From the NCBI GenBank assembly GCA_964016885.1, contig OZ024740.1, positions 236,964,001 to 237,028,000 of the forward strand: a stretch of DNA of 64,000 nt, read 5' to 3'. The position numbers were made by a program, and so were the translations under genes. Position 1 is the stretch's first letter. Every line of letters begins with the position of its first letter. Source of the DNA: Eledone cirrhosa. Lineage: Eukaryota. The notes below the pieces were generated by a model that was not told where the DNA came from, ran no database searches, and saw only the letters and a list, made by a program, of their open reading frames with translations. Of this stretch, positions 1 to 11,409 are shown in pieces.

Positions 1-814
1 ACTATGATTTTTTTATCAAGATGACATCCATCCCTGATTCATTTCCCTAAATGATTTATTGTTTTTGATTAGCCTAAATTTTGTATACATTTTTGTATAT
101 CTAGTTAATGATTCTCTCATGCCAACAACAGATGAAGTTTTATGTTTCATTTAGGAAGTCTAATAAGAATGAAACATGTCCAGAATTATTTCCTATTCTT
201 GCTAAAATGATTAAAATAGTATTAGTCATTGAGCTAAATGTTGTTTATCACCTCACCACAAAATTACTTTTTAATAGCTTTTTGATGCTCATTGCAATAA
301 ACATATTAACAGAGATTAGTTAGCTGGATAACTGATGCATTTAATGACTAAGAGATACATTAGAAGATTTTTTTTTCTGAAACTCATGATTTGAGAATCA
401 AATGATTGAACAATTTAGAAAATTATAGAAACTACAGTTAATTAAAGCTTTGAGTGAGCAGAAATGTTCATCTATTAAATATTTATTTCTGTATCATAGA
501 TTGAATGTTCAATCAAAGTACACCACACCTTCCTCCTTTCAGTCTGGAGACCAATGGACCACAAGTATACTGAAAATTAATAAATCAATAATCAAGTGCT
601 TTTCAATGATTGATTGTGATATAGTTGATTTATGCCAAAACTGAACTTTTCTGTAACACCTACACCTGAGAAAAATACTATTCACTGGTGTCAGCGTAAA
701 ATATATTATCATTGACACTTATGATAAGTGACACAGCTGACATACTTATTTTAGAAATTATATCATCATCATCATCATTAATTATGTTGATGATGATCCT
801 CATAATGACAATAA

Positions 815-1020
815 TAGTAATGGTTTCTGATTTAGACACAAGGCCAGCAATTTGGGGGAGGGAAAAGTCGATTAAATTGATCCCAGAACATTACTGGTAT
901 TTTATTTTATCGACCCCGTAAGGATGAAAGGCAAAAATTTCAACTCAGAACGTAAAGAGCAGTAACTATGCTACACAGCATGTTGTCTGGCACCCTACCA
1001 ATACTGCCAATCCACGGCCC
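815..1020 (-). mobile_element. tRNA-derived SINE, family A (older, longer variant)
   Basis: Matches the other family-A copies (ggcacaaggccagcaa...ttattttatcgaccccgtaaggatgaaaggcaaa...tactgccaatccac); pol III A-box/B-box-like head on the minus strand. Confidence 0.8.
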
Positions 1021-1029
1021 TTATAATGG

Positions 1030-2950
1030 TTTATTAGTCACCAGAGCCTAAGACATTGGGGACAGTGCAAGGATAAAAAACAACACAATGGAAGTTTACA
1101 TGAAACAAAATTAACAATAATTGTTTCTACTATTGACACAAGGCCAGCAATTACCCAGTACATTACTGGTACTTTATTTTATCGACCCTGTAAGGCAAAG
1201 TTAACCTCGGCGGGATTTGAACTCAGAATGGTAAGGGCCGTAACTCTATGCGTCAAAGCATGGCGTCCGACCCTCTACTGATACTGGCAATTCACCGCCC
1301 TTAACAAAATTAACAATAATAGATAACAATAAGGTGTTAACAAAAAAGACCCCAATACAAGGGAAAACTACCTGGATAACTCAAGAGAACTCCCCTCCCC
1401 CCTACACACACACAAAGTCCTGGATTATTCTACTAGTTCAAAGTATCTAAAAAATGCCCTTTTCTAGTTTCTTGCCTTAGGTTTATAATCAAATAATAAG
1501 AGTAGGCCCATTTAGTGTTGTCAATTTTGCTGCTCTTACTAACCTTTCATAAAACATACTAGAGGTTGGAGCTTCCAACTCTAACTTCTCCTTCAAGTAG
1601 TACTTGAAGTTGATGAGTGCTGAGCCAGAGAGGAAAAACCGTTCTCAACCCTTTTAAACATGTCTATCATACAACTTCCCTCATCATAGCCACCGGGAAG
1701 GAGAAAACTAACCACTCTTCTTTGCCAAAGAAAGACAGTAAGTAAATCTTCACAATAGATTTGGCTGATAGCTGAATCCATCACATTGCTATTAGCAGTT
1801 GTTTGACACAAGTCCACAGTTGGTAATGCATAGATACTGAACAATAGCATACATGACTGTTTTGTTGCTCTGAGCACATCTCAGGCAGGATCAGTTGTTG
1901 AAGCTTGTGTGCCAGTAGAGCTAGTCCTGCTCAAGCAACATCCACCTGTATCATTGTTAGGATGGGGAATTTGTGAAGTTGTTCATAATCCTTGACCTGG
2001 AACCACCTCAGAAGAGACTGCCAAGACTGTCCTAGTTGATGTCCATATTTATTCCCAGAGCATTAATGCTCATATCTTTCACTTACACTTTAGAGATATC
2101 TAAAGTTGACTCTCTACTAACTGCCAAAGTAATATGGGTTTTTGCTATTTCTGCTCAAGCTTTCAAGGATGGCTTCTTTTCAGTTCATTTCTGAACGAGA
2201 CTGACCACACTGCTTGCAACCTCTTTCTAGTTTTTCTCCACCAAGAAGTCTGTTTCAGATCAGATCCCAAGTATCGTAATTAAACCCTAGGTCCAGTAAC
2301 AAAAGAAGCTGTTGACTTGGATTTACCTCTCTATGTGGTGAGTTGCAAGCCCACAGACTTGCCCTGGTTGATGCATCACTCCTGTCTTAACTTCCAAAAT
2401 ATCAAACATCATGACAGTAACAATGCCCAGGTATGCAAACATAACTCTCTTGTGCCACAGATCAAATGAGAGGCTCTGAAAAGACACCAACCACCAAAAC
2501 AAGGTCTAATCCCAAAATGTAGAGAAAAGAGAAGATCATGCTTGATTGACTGAGCTTGTGATGCAAAATGCTTTCAAGGTATGGCTATTTAGTATGGTCT
2601 ATAAACAAATGCCATAGACCAGCTTCTGAAGACAGTACCACCAGGTAGTGACTGTTGACCTTACCATAAACTTTAGATTGATTCAAATTGTTCAGGGCTC
2701 CACTATAGCCAGATCTATTACTGACCAATTCCATAATATATTGCATGAGATGGATGTTGTTGAGGATAGATTTGTCAGAGGTTGCATAAGTTTGCATGCA
2801 TCCAACTACATTACTGATGATAAACATCAACCTCATGGTGAGCACCTTTGCCAACATTTTTGAATTTGAATTTAGCAGAGTTATGAGGCTGATGTTATCT
2901 TTTACATTCCCACTCCACATCTCACATGCCATGAAATGCTCCCAGTCTGC
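1030..2950 (-). mobile_element. Degenerate Tx1/L1-clade non-LTR retrotransposon (RT to 3' end), interrupted by a SINE
   Basis: ORF 2585-3013 reads ITLLNSNSKMLAKVLTMRL...QTYATSDKSILNNIHLM...NLNQSKVYGKVNSHYL, a decayed Tx1-type RT (ITLLN.D.K.LAKVL..RL...DQ.KAFDRV.H.YL). The 3' end near 1030 resembles those at 60985 and 62762. Confidence 0.7.
1117..1301 (-). mobile_element. tRNA-derived SINE, family A, with TSD
   Basis: Near full-length copy flanked by the duplicated target aacaaaattaacaataat. Confidence 0.85.
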
Positions 2951-3029
2951 TACAAATTGCAGAAGACAGCTGCCAATAAAAATAAAAAAACATGCAGACA
3001 AATACATAACCAAAAATCAAGGACCTACA

Positions 3030-4790
3030 AACTTATAAATACACACAACATGCTACTAAGCACTGCACACATTATGTCAAATATTTCAATACAATCGAAA
3101 ATACTAAATGAAGACAAAAAATTGCTCATACTGAAAGCACACAAAACTGTGCATGGTAATGCAATGAAAGCACGCAATAAAAATAAGTCTGTTGAAAAAT
3201 TATATCAACAAAACTAACAACAATGATAATAATGTTTAGAAAAATGTGCCAAATCAACTTTGAAGAGAAAGAAAAATTAATAAAAGAAACTCTTAATATC
3301 ATGCTAGATAAAAGAAACAAAGATAAGAGAATTAGATCAAACAGACAAGTTACAAATACTAAGGAATTAATGAACTAAACAGAGTACAACACACAAATGA
3401 AAGAAACACTTAGGAAAAAATATTATAGATGCTTTAGATTAATCCTCAAAATATATCAAATTATGGCAATATGTATCAATATTGCAAGCATTCAAGTATT
3501 AAGTTATAGCTATGATATATTCCACTGGAAGCTAAGTGAATTAGTAGGACTAGACATTAGTAGGACTAGACATAAGAAGAAGAATGACTACATTTCTAAT
3601 GTACTCCCCCAAAACTGACACCTAGGTATTATATTTATCACAAGTACAAATTTACTATAAAATATCTACGGCAAGACTAGAAAAATGTATAAGTAAAGTA
3701 TAATCAAAATTACTACAAATAGCTATATCTAGGAAGCATGATCCCACCACCTCCTTGCAAAACAAAAACAAAAAACAAATAAAAACTTATCTATCTTCAA
3801 GGAATATAATAGATATAAGGTAGATGTCGAAGTACAATACATCTGTGAGGGAAAAAGGAGAAAAAGCAAGATAAGCTGTTAAAAAACAAAAAAACTAAAA
3901 TCTAAACTGAAAACGAGATTAGAAAAGGTTATGTTTAAATGTTTGCTAGAAAAAAACTTCTGCATGGTCAATACTTGACAAGACTGAACAAAACAGAAGT
4001 GGATAAAGATCTCAACACTAGCTGAGAAATGCAAAACTTGAGAACAAAAGATTTTTTATTGCAGCACAAGACTAAATTTTCCAAGAGGAAATTATGCCAG
4101 CATTATGAAATAATAAGTGTTTTAATACAGTTTTCCCTTCTAAAACAAGAGTTAGCTTCTTCATGTTGCCCTATCCTCTGCATCTCCTTTCACCAACCTC
4201 TCCACCATCATCTTCAGCCATGTCTTTCTTGGTATTCTCCTATTTCCTTTCATTTACATTTACATCACTCCTCTCATCCAGTCACTTTCATCCTTTCTCA
4301 GCATACAGCCCAGCCATTTCATACCATGTTTCTTCACAACATTCATCACCCAACAATTCATTATTTCTCTCCTTGCAGAGCAATACTTTGCTCATCTGCC
4401 AAACAGTTTTTATTTCTGTTCTTTTCAGGCTTCATTGATGCTCCATATTCATCACAAATGTGTTGTTCTCATTACGAAACACCAACAGAAAAGAGACATT
4501 ACAATCATATGCGACAAAAGGTCTAATAGAATGACAAAGTGACTTTACTCTGGAATATGCCAATTCATACTGACAGGGAAATTAAAGCAAATCATCCAGG
4601 AAAGTAAATTTATATTAATTTAGGTATTAATTCCAACAAACAACAATATATCTCTGAAAGATAAACTATCCAAAATATAAAAACCTTGAAATAGAAATGT
4701 TTCGAAGATGAAGATTGAAAACAGAAAATAATCTCCATGTTAATAGGTGTCTTGGGAACAATAAAAGAAGAGATAAAGAAAAAAAGAAAA
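3030..4790 (+). mobile_element. Degenerate R4/Dong-like (restriction-like endonuclease) non-LTR retrotransposon
   Basis: Frameshifted peptides KKYYRCFRLILK..INIASIQVLSYSYDIFHWKLSELVGLD, LHGQYLTRLNK and LWNMPIHTDREIKANHP; homologous to 60025-60370 and 61945-62378. Confidence 0.65.
4130..4465 (-). mobile_element. RTE-like LINE C-terminal fragment nested in the R4-like element
   Basis: Minus strand reads KWLGCMLRKDESDW...RRIPRKTWLK, resembling the RTE C-terminus (RWFGHV.R...GRP.KTW). Confidence 0.5.
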
Positions 4791-4871
4791 AGAAGAAAAA
4801 GAGGAAAAGTATATGATGACATTGATGATGGTGATGAAGATGATTCACTTATCTATAATCTACTCGATTAA

Positions 4872-5065
4872 CCCTTCAGCATTTAAACTAGCCACATTCC
4901 ATCACCTCTTTCTGTTCAAATTGGCTGTAACCAGTCACTCATACTGATCTTAAGGCATTCTTCTCAAAATAAATAATATCAAAATCTTGTAGATTCGATA
5001 TGTGAGATAAAGCCTTTACTGTGAAAATACAATAGTATATATAGAGTAATGTAAATGCTAACGTG
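4872..5065. mobile_element. piggyBac-type MITE
   Basis: TTAA on both sides; ends cccttcagcattt / aaatgctaacgtg; inverted homologue of 7989-8206. Confidence 0.7.
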
Positions 5066-5837
5066 TTAAGAGTCGAGAATGGTTCAATTTCTACTCCTCT
5101 ACCCAGCAATGAACCTTGTCAATACCCATAGTTTTTACTTCACACAAAACGTGCCATTTGTGCTATATTTGAATGGAATAAAGAATCATGGAGACTTGCC
5201 TATTTGTTCAGATTTGTAGCAGAGTAGTGTAGGGTACACTAAAAAGTGTAGAAGTAATGTGATTCTGCTTCAATGATAAAGGATGATATATATTTATTAA
5301 AAAGAAACATATATTTATTAGTAAGACACCAGCTCCAATCACCATCTAGCAATTTTGATTACCATCAAACATAAATGAAAGCAATGTTTGATATGTAATG
5401 AGCAGGTAATGTTTCAATGATCCTAATGATGATGTGTGTATATGTGTGTGCATGTCTTTAGATTTTTATATCAGTTCAGAAACTAATATTTATGTTGTGT
5501 CCCTCCGTGTACTTTAGCAAGAGAGAAAAAAAATATGTACCAGGACAAAATAAGTACTGAGGTTGGTATGATCAATTAACTCTATTGAAAGTGGTGTCCC
5601 AGCATGATTCCAGTCCAATGAATGAAATGATGAAAAGACAAAAATGTGTATTTTATACGATAAATACAACCATTTTGAATAATGTGAGAACATCCATATC
5701 ATTTGAAACTAGTAGGTATATAAGTGTTTGCAAGTATTCTGGGCCAGGTTTAATCTTAGAATTAGTGATGATATATCTCAATTGGTAGATGGATGCTTTA
5801 ATGAGCTTTTATTTTTTAAAGCATCAACTGCTTTAGC

Positions 5838-5955
5838 ATGCTGAGTGCCGATCCACTTCCTAACATTAACAAAATTGTGGAAAAAGTTGCAAAATACAAA
5901 GTATTTAGTACACTGTTCATGAAAAATGCTGACCATCAAATTTGTATAAAAGTAA
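5838..5955 (+). mobile_element. Ty3/Gypsy RT relic
   Basis: DPLPNINKIVEKVAKYKVFSTLFMKNADHQI resembles the Gypsy RT motif YPLP.I......A..KVFSTLDL..AYHQI. Confidence 0.55.
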
Positions 5956-6720
5956 ATGAAGTCATGAGTGATCTGCTAGACATTGGACATTTACAGAGTT
6001 TAGTTACAGCTTCCTTTAAACACATGTTTCAAATTCTGGACTGCAATTTACACTCTTATTCTACAGAAGAGAGTAAAAATGAACACTTTCAGGGTGCTTT
6101 CATGTGAGGCATCAATTCAAACTATATATAACATCATCTCTCAGAGAAGGAGACTTTGAGCTTAGAATCAACGTTGTACCAAGTTGCATCTTTGGATATT
6201 GCAGAGACAAAACAAGTCTTACACTTGGCCTAACTATTCAATACAGTAACACAACTCATAACTGTAATACTTATCCAGGACAAAGGCAAACCAGAAGAGT
6301 TCATAACTGACCAAATAACCATGATGGCGCTAAGGCCCAAGTATTTTTGTCACCTCACTAGACATCCAAGAAGCTAAATGCAATCTCTGTCATATGGTTA
6401 GGCACCAGAGTCTGCCAGTCTAAAAGAAAACATACAGCAGCCTCTCAGTTACATCACCCTTTAACCTAACAAAAACTGTCTTATTGACATGTTAATGATT
6501 AGGTTCATTAAGCGTAGTTGTAGCTACTTTTCAAACACACACATCAATCAGTTCCACTAAAAGTTACTTATTGGGTTTGTGGAAGTTATTACAATACCCT
6601 ATTTGAAAAGTTATTCAAATCCAAGATAAAAATTCTAGTTTTTATATAAACAGCAAGAAATCAAAATGAAAACAAATATTACTACCAAGCCACTGGATAT
6701 ACATGACTACACAGATTATA

Positions 6721-6911
6721 AATAATTGTTTCTACTTTAGGCACAAGGCCAGCAATTACCCAGTGCATTACTGGTACTTTATTTTATCGACCCCGTAAGG
6801 ATGAAAGGCAAAGTCAACCTTGGTGGGATTTGAACTCAGATCATAAAGGAACGTAACTATGCTGGAAAGCATGGTGTCCGACCCTCTACTGATACTGCCA
6901 ATCCACCGCCC
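6721..6911 (-). mobile_element. tRNA-derived SINE, family A, full length with TSD
   Basis: Minus-strand head gggcggtggattggcagtatcagt (A box) and gagttcaaatccc (B box); about 19-bp TSD tacacagattataaataat. Confidence 0.9.
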
Positions 6912-7988
6912 TATATTATACACAGATTATAAATAATGTTGCTTGAAACCAATTTCTATGCATGGTTATATAACAACTAAACAATAGGTTCTATACAGTA
7001 AATTTAGAATAGTTTGGTATTATACCAATAATGTTTCATCTATCAATCAGTTGGCAGGAGATTATGAAGCAGCTTTTGAATTTTGGTAAAAGCCTATTTA
7101 ATCTGAGACAGTTTGACATGATAGCTGTGGGTGGAGAAGGTAGAAATATATCATTTCCAGGAATTAAAAATAATCAAAAAGCAATGCATTCAACAAAACT
7201 CATCTAATATCATTTAAATTTGTTCAGTGAATCTTATGAAGTTGATAATTATCTTTTACTTAATCATCTTTTGTGTCAGGAGATTTAAAATGTTACTTGT
7301 CTCTATATATTATGTAAATCAAAAATTATTTTAAAATGAAATTATATTTTATAGCAGTAAAATAATGTTTTGTATAGCAGTAAAATAATGTTTTGGGAAG
7401 GCAAAGAATTCATAAAGAACAAATTTATTATTGGGCAGCATCAACCAGCAGCTCTGAATGCAGCAACTTTCTTTGACAAGGGCAAAGTATTTATACTTGG
7501 TAGGTTTAATAACTGATAGATTGAAACATGTTTAACAAGTTTGAAATGACCAAGCACAAACCTAACCCTGTTGAATAAAGATGTCATCATTTGTCTTTTT
7601 TTTTAATTCAGTCAAAGTAGGAAACTGTTTTCTTGGTATATATATAGGGATCATATCTTTGTAACGTTCAAGGTCATTAGGGTGTCAGGCCCCTGTTGAA
7701 ATACAGTTTTGAGGTCTTGTTCATAGAAACAGTATAAGTCTGGCAAGATATATTGAGATTATATATGTGCAAGAAATTATAAAAGGAGAGTGAAAAATAT
7801 AACCAAAACCAGTGATACACTACAGATGATAAAATATAGGTGAGAGCTGTTTTGACTCATGTGATTGATTAATAAAACTTAAATTTCTTATCTAAATAGT
7901 TAGAGACAAATAAATTTTATAGGCAAGCTAATTTAGCTAAGGACATTCTCATTCTAGATGACATGCTTGAAGGCTTAGTTGATATTAA

Positions 7989-8206
7989 CCCTTTAGCATT
8001 TACAATACTCTATATTTACTATTGTATTTTTATGGTAAACCCTTTATTTCACATAATTATCTCACATAATATTGAATCTATAAGAATATGATATTTATTT
8101 GGAGAACAATACCTTAACATCAGTATGAGCAGCCAGTTACAGCCAGTTTGAACAGAAAGAGGTGAAAGAATTCTGGTCAGATATAGCTGGTCTGAATGCT
8201 AATGGG
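7989..8206. mobile_element. piggyBac-type MITE
   Basis: TTAA TSD at 7985-7988 and 8207-8210; TIRs ccctttagcatt / aatgctaatggg. Confidence 0.8.
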
Positions 8207-8520
8207 TTAAAGTAACATTACTTTGTCAAAGTTCTTAATGGCAAGAGAGTACAGGCATATGATGAAGATGGAAACATTTACAGAAGATCAGTCTCTATAG
8301 ACACATACAGGTGGTTAATGAGATATTATTTAAGACAAATTTAACAAAAGTCTACAGTGTTTATGGTGAGCACCCTTAAACTGAAATTCTAATATATTTT
8401 TTAGATTATTTAGGGTTACAAATATCTCTAATGTTTTACTTAGGAAAGACAATTTGTTGAATATTATCATTAACTAAATAATTATTATTTCAATTAAAAC
8501 GTTGAAATTATAAAATCAGT

Positions 8521-9464
8521 ATGTTGATGTAACAGAGCGTTGATATTACAGAAGTTGATGCACATGGCATTGCAATCGAAAGGTTGTGAGTTCAATTCTC
8601 AGACTGGGTGATGTGTTGTTTCCTTGAGCAAGACACTTTATTTCACATTGCTCCAGTTTACTCAGCTGTAGAAATGAGATGATAGGGACTGGGGTCCCTA
8701 TCATTCCACTGCAAAGTGGTCGTGTAGGCGCCACGGCAAAAGAAAGCACCCAGCACTCACTGTAAAAAAATGAGGTTGGTGTTAGGAAGGGCATCCAGCT
8801 GTAGAAATCAAGCCAGAATCAGTTCCCGTCCCACCCTTGCAAGCAGGGAAAAGTGGACGTAAAAAAAAATGAAATAAATGAAATGAAATGAAAATGATGT
8901 AACAGAATGTTGATGTAACAGAATTGGAACATTGGCATTACAGAATGTTAATGTAACAAAATGTTGATGTAACAGAATGTTGATGTAACAGAATGTTGAT
9001 GTAACAGAATGTTGATGTAACAGAATGTTGATGTAACAGAATGTTGATGTAACAGAATGTTGATGTAACAGAATGTTGATGTAGCAGAATGTTGATGTAG
9101 CAGAATGTTGATGTAACAGAATGTTGATATAGCAGAATGTTGATGTAGCAAAATGTTGATGTAGCAGAATGTTGATGTAGCAGAATGTTGATGTTGCAGA
9201 ATGTTGATGTAGCAGAATGTTGATGTTGCAGAATGTTGATGTTGCAGAATGTTGATGTTGCAGAATGTTTATGTTGCAGAATGTTGATATTGCAGAATGT
9301 TTATGTTGCAGAATGTTGATGTAGCAGAATGTTGATGTAGCAGAATGTTGATATTGCAAAATGTTGATGTTGCAGAATGTTGATATTGCAGAATGTTGAT
9401 ATTGCAGAATGTTGATGTAGCAGAATGTTGATATTGCAGAATGTTTGTGTTGATGTTACAGAAT
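8521..9464. repeat. 16-bp minisatellite (gtaacagaatgttgat), split by a CORE-SINE
   Basis: About 35 units at 8895-9464 plus 2-3 degenerate units at 8521-8560, upstream of the SINE. Confidence 0.95.
8560..8898 (+). mobile_element. CORE-type tRNA SINE with RTE-derived tail
   Basis: B box gagttcaattc; CORE-like ccttgagcaagacactttatttcacattgctccagtttactcagctgtagaaatg; tail shared with the RTE 3' end. Confidence 0.85.
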
Positions 9465-11208
9465 CAGGGGCAGACAGTTGAATGAATTTAAAAAAATTCT
9501 TTAGAATTTATAATTCATTTAAGAGTCTACCACGTATATATACAGTTATCTCTTAATGTTATATTCTTGTATTAATTTATGAGTTTAGATCTTCTCTTTT
9601 GTATTTTGATCAGCAGGTAAATAAAAAGGAATGCTGTATTGTCTGTGAATTGATCTACACCAGAGAAATGGCTATTAAGTTTTTTTTTTATTACAGTCTT
9701 TGAACTCTGAACAAATTGACTATTGACCCAATTAAATGTCACAGCACACAGGCACTGAAGTTATTTTGTCTACAGCCATGAGAAATGACTGAGTATTATG
9801 TGTGTTTAACACCATATATACTAGTTTATTAATTGCACCTCCATTGTATCCATAATGGCTTCTACCTTTGATTTGAACATGTCACATTTTGCTTTTCATG
9901 TATACTGTTTGTATCTTTATTTGCTTTTAAAATTAAAAACAAAATCCGAAATAATCCCATTCAATGCTGAAGTACAGTCTAGCAAAGTCCTGGAGCCATA
10001 GATATCATAGCAATGTGTTTCTATTAGCTCTGTCCAGAATAAATATATTAAACAGTGCTTTTAAATCACCACCCCTGATTGACTGACTGTATGCAATATG
10101 TAGCATTGTGCATTAGGATTACAATCATCTGATAGATAACTCTGCATCTATGTTTCACACATGGGGAAAGCAAGTATCTACAAATACACGAGACTGCATA
10201 TTTTCACTGATGGAGTAGAATCAAATTCTACTTAAGCATTTATTTCATGTGAAGTGCCATCAACATACATTTGTTTAGAATACCAATATTCATATAGTCT
10301 GAGTAGTGATGTAACCAGCCTACTCTACATGCTCAATAATTTGCCAGAGAGGGGGGGGGGGATATGTGTGTGTGTGTGAAGCCCAGAGTATGGTTTGGTA
10401 AATGATTTTTGTGCAGTTTTTTGCACCAATTCACCCCCCTTTCTTTTTATAGTAAAATAAAATATTACTTATCTATGAGTATATATGGTATCTTCTTATG
10501 TGTACTACATATTTTCTAGGGTATATAACTTGAATTAAAAATTACTATGTTCTGAGTTATGTTTGCCCTCTTTGAACATTACACTGCCAGTTTTTGATAA
10601 TATTTTTCCATTTATTGGAAGCCAACAGAGTCCTAAAGACAATAGATTGTCATACTGTGTGGTTGCATAATACAATTTACAATGCAATATGACATTTGAA
10701 TAAATAGCAATGTTCTTCCATTGTGTATGAGAATTTATCTGAAGTGTTCTGGGAGACTAATATTCAATGGATTTATTTGCTCTTTTATTACTGGTTCAGT
10801 TCTTATAGTAACACTATATAATATACATACTGTTAATTCCTGATAGGGTTCCTAATGTTATCTGCTTCCATTTGAATATACTGGCAAAATTAGATTGAAC
10901 AATTTCTAGTTCTTCCATATACAGAAATATTTGTTAAGGCACATTGAATACCATAATCCTAGATATACTGTGTCTAAATACAAGATGAGAAAAATGTTTT
11001 TGATAATAAGTCAGCTTGATTATGGCTGACCTAGGCTAAACAACTACATAACTAATTTTTCTTTACTATTTGAATATCATATCGTTTGGAGTTTTTCAGG
11101 TAAGTTGCTTGAATAAGATTAATCTTATTGTCTTTCCTTTTCTTCTCTATTGCAATAATAGAAACTCTAACTTTTATGGGTATTTTTCTTGTTAAATAAG
11201 GCACCACA

Positions 11209-11408
11209 GTTGGTCATTTATTTTCTTAGATATTCCTAACTATATTTTCTAATGATGATCCATATAGTAGAGAGAGAAATAAGGTGAAAATAATTTATTG
11301 CTGATTTAGTCAGTAATAAATTATGTTCATCTTATTTCTCTCTCTACTATATGGATCAACTATTATTGGAAAACGTAGTTAGGAATATCTAACGAATTAA
11401 TGACCAAC
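11209..11408. repeat. About 200-bp inverted repeat (long hairpin)
   Basis: gttggtcatt...gatccatatagtagagagagaaataaggtgaaaataatttattgctga pairs with tcagtaataaattatgttcatcttatttctctctctactatatggatc...aatgaccaac across a loop of about 5 nt. Confidence 0.9.
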
Positions 11409-11409
11409 A

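Noticed and set aside
6103-6235. Possible LTR (tg...ca followed by ttggc) near the Gypsy RT relic
   Set aside because: No second LTR, TSD or recognisable primer-binding site.
7051-8345. Short plus-strand peptide-like stretches (LAGDYEAAFEF; MFWEGKEF...; FVKVLNGKRVQAYDEDG...)
   Set aside because: No consistent splice sites or recognisable homology.
8808-9359. 183-aa repetitive ORF
   Set aside because: Read-through of a 16-bp minisatellite; the unit is not a multiple of 3.
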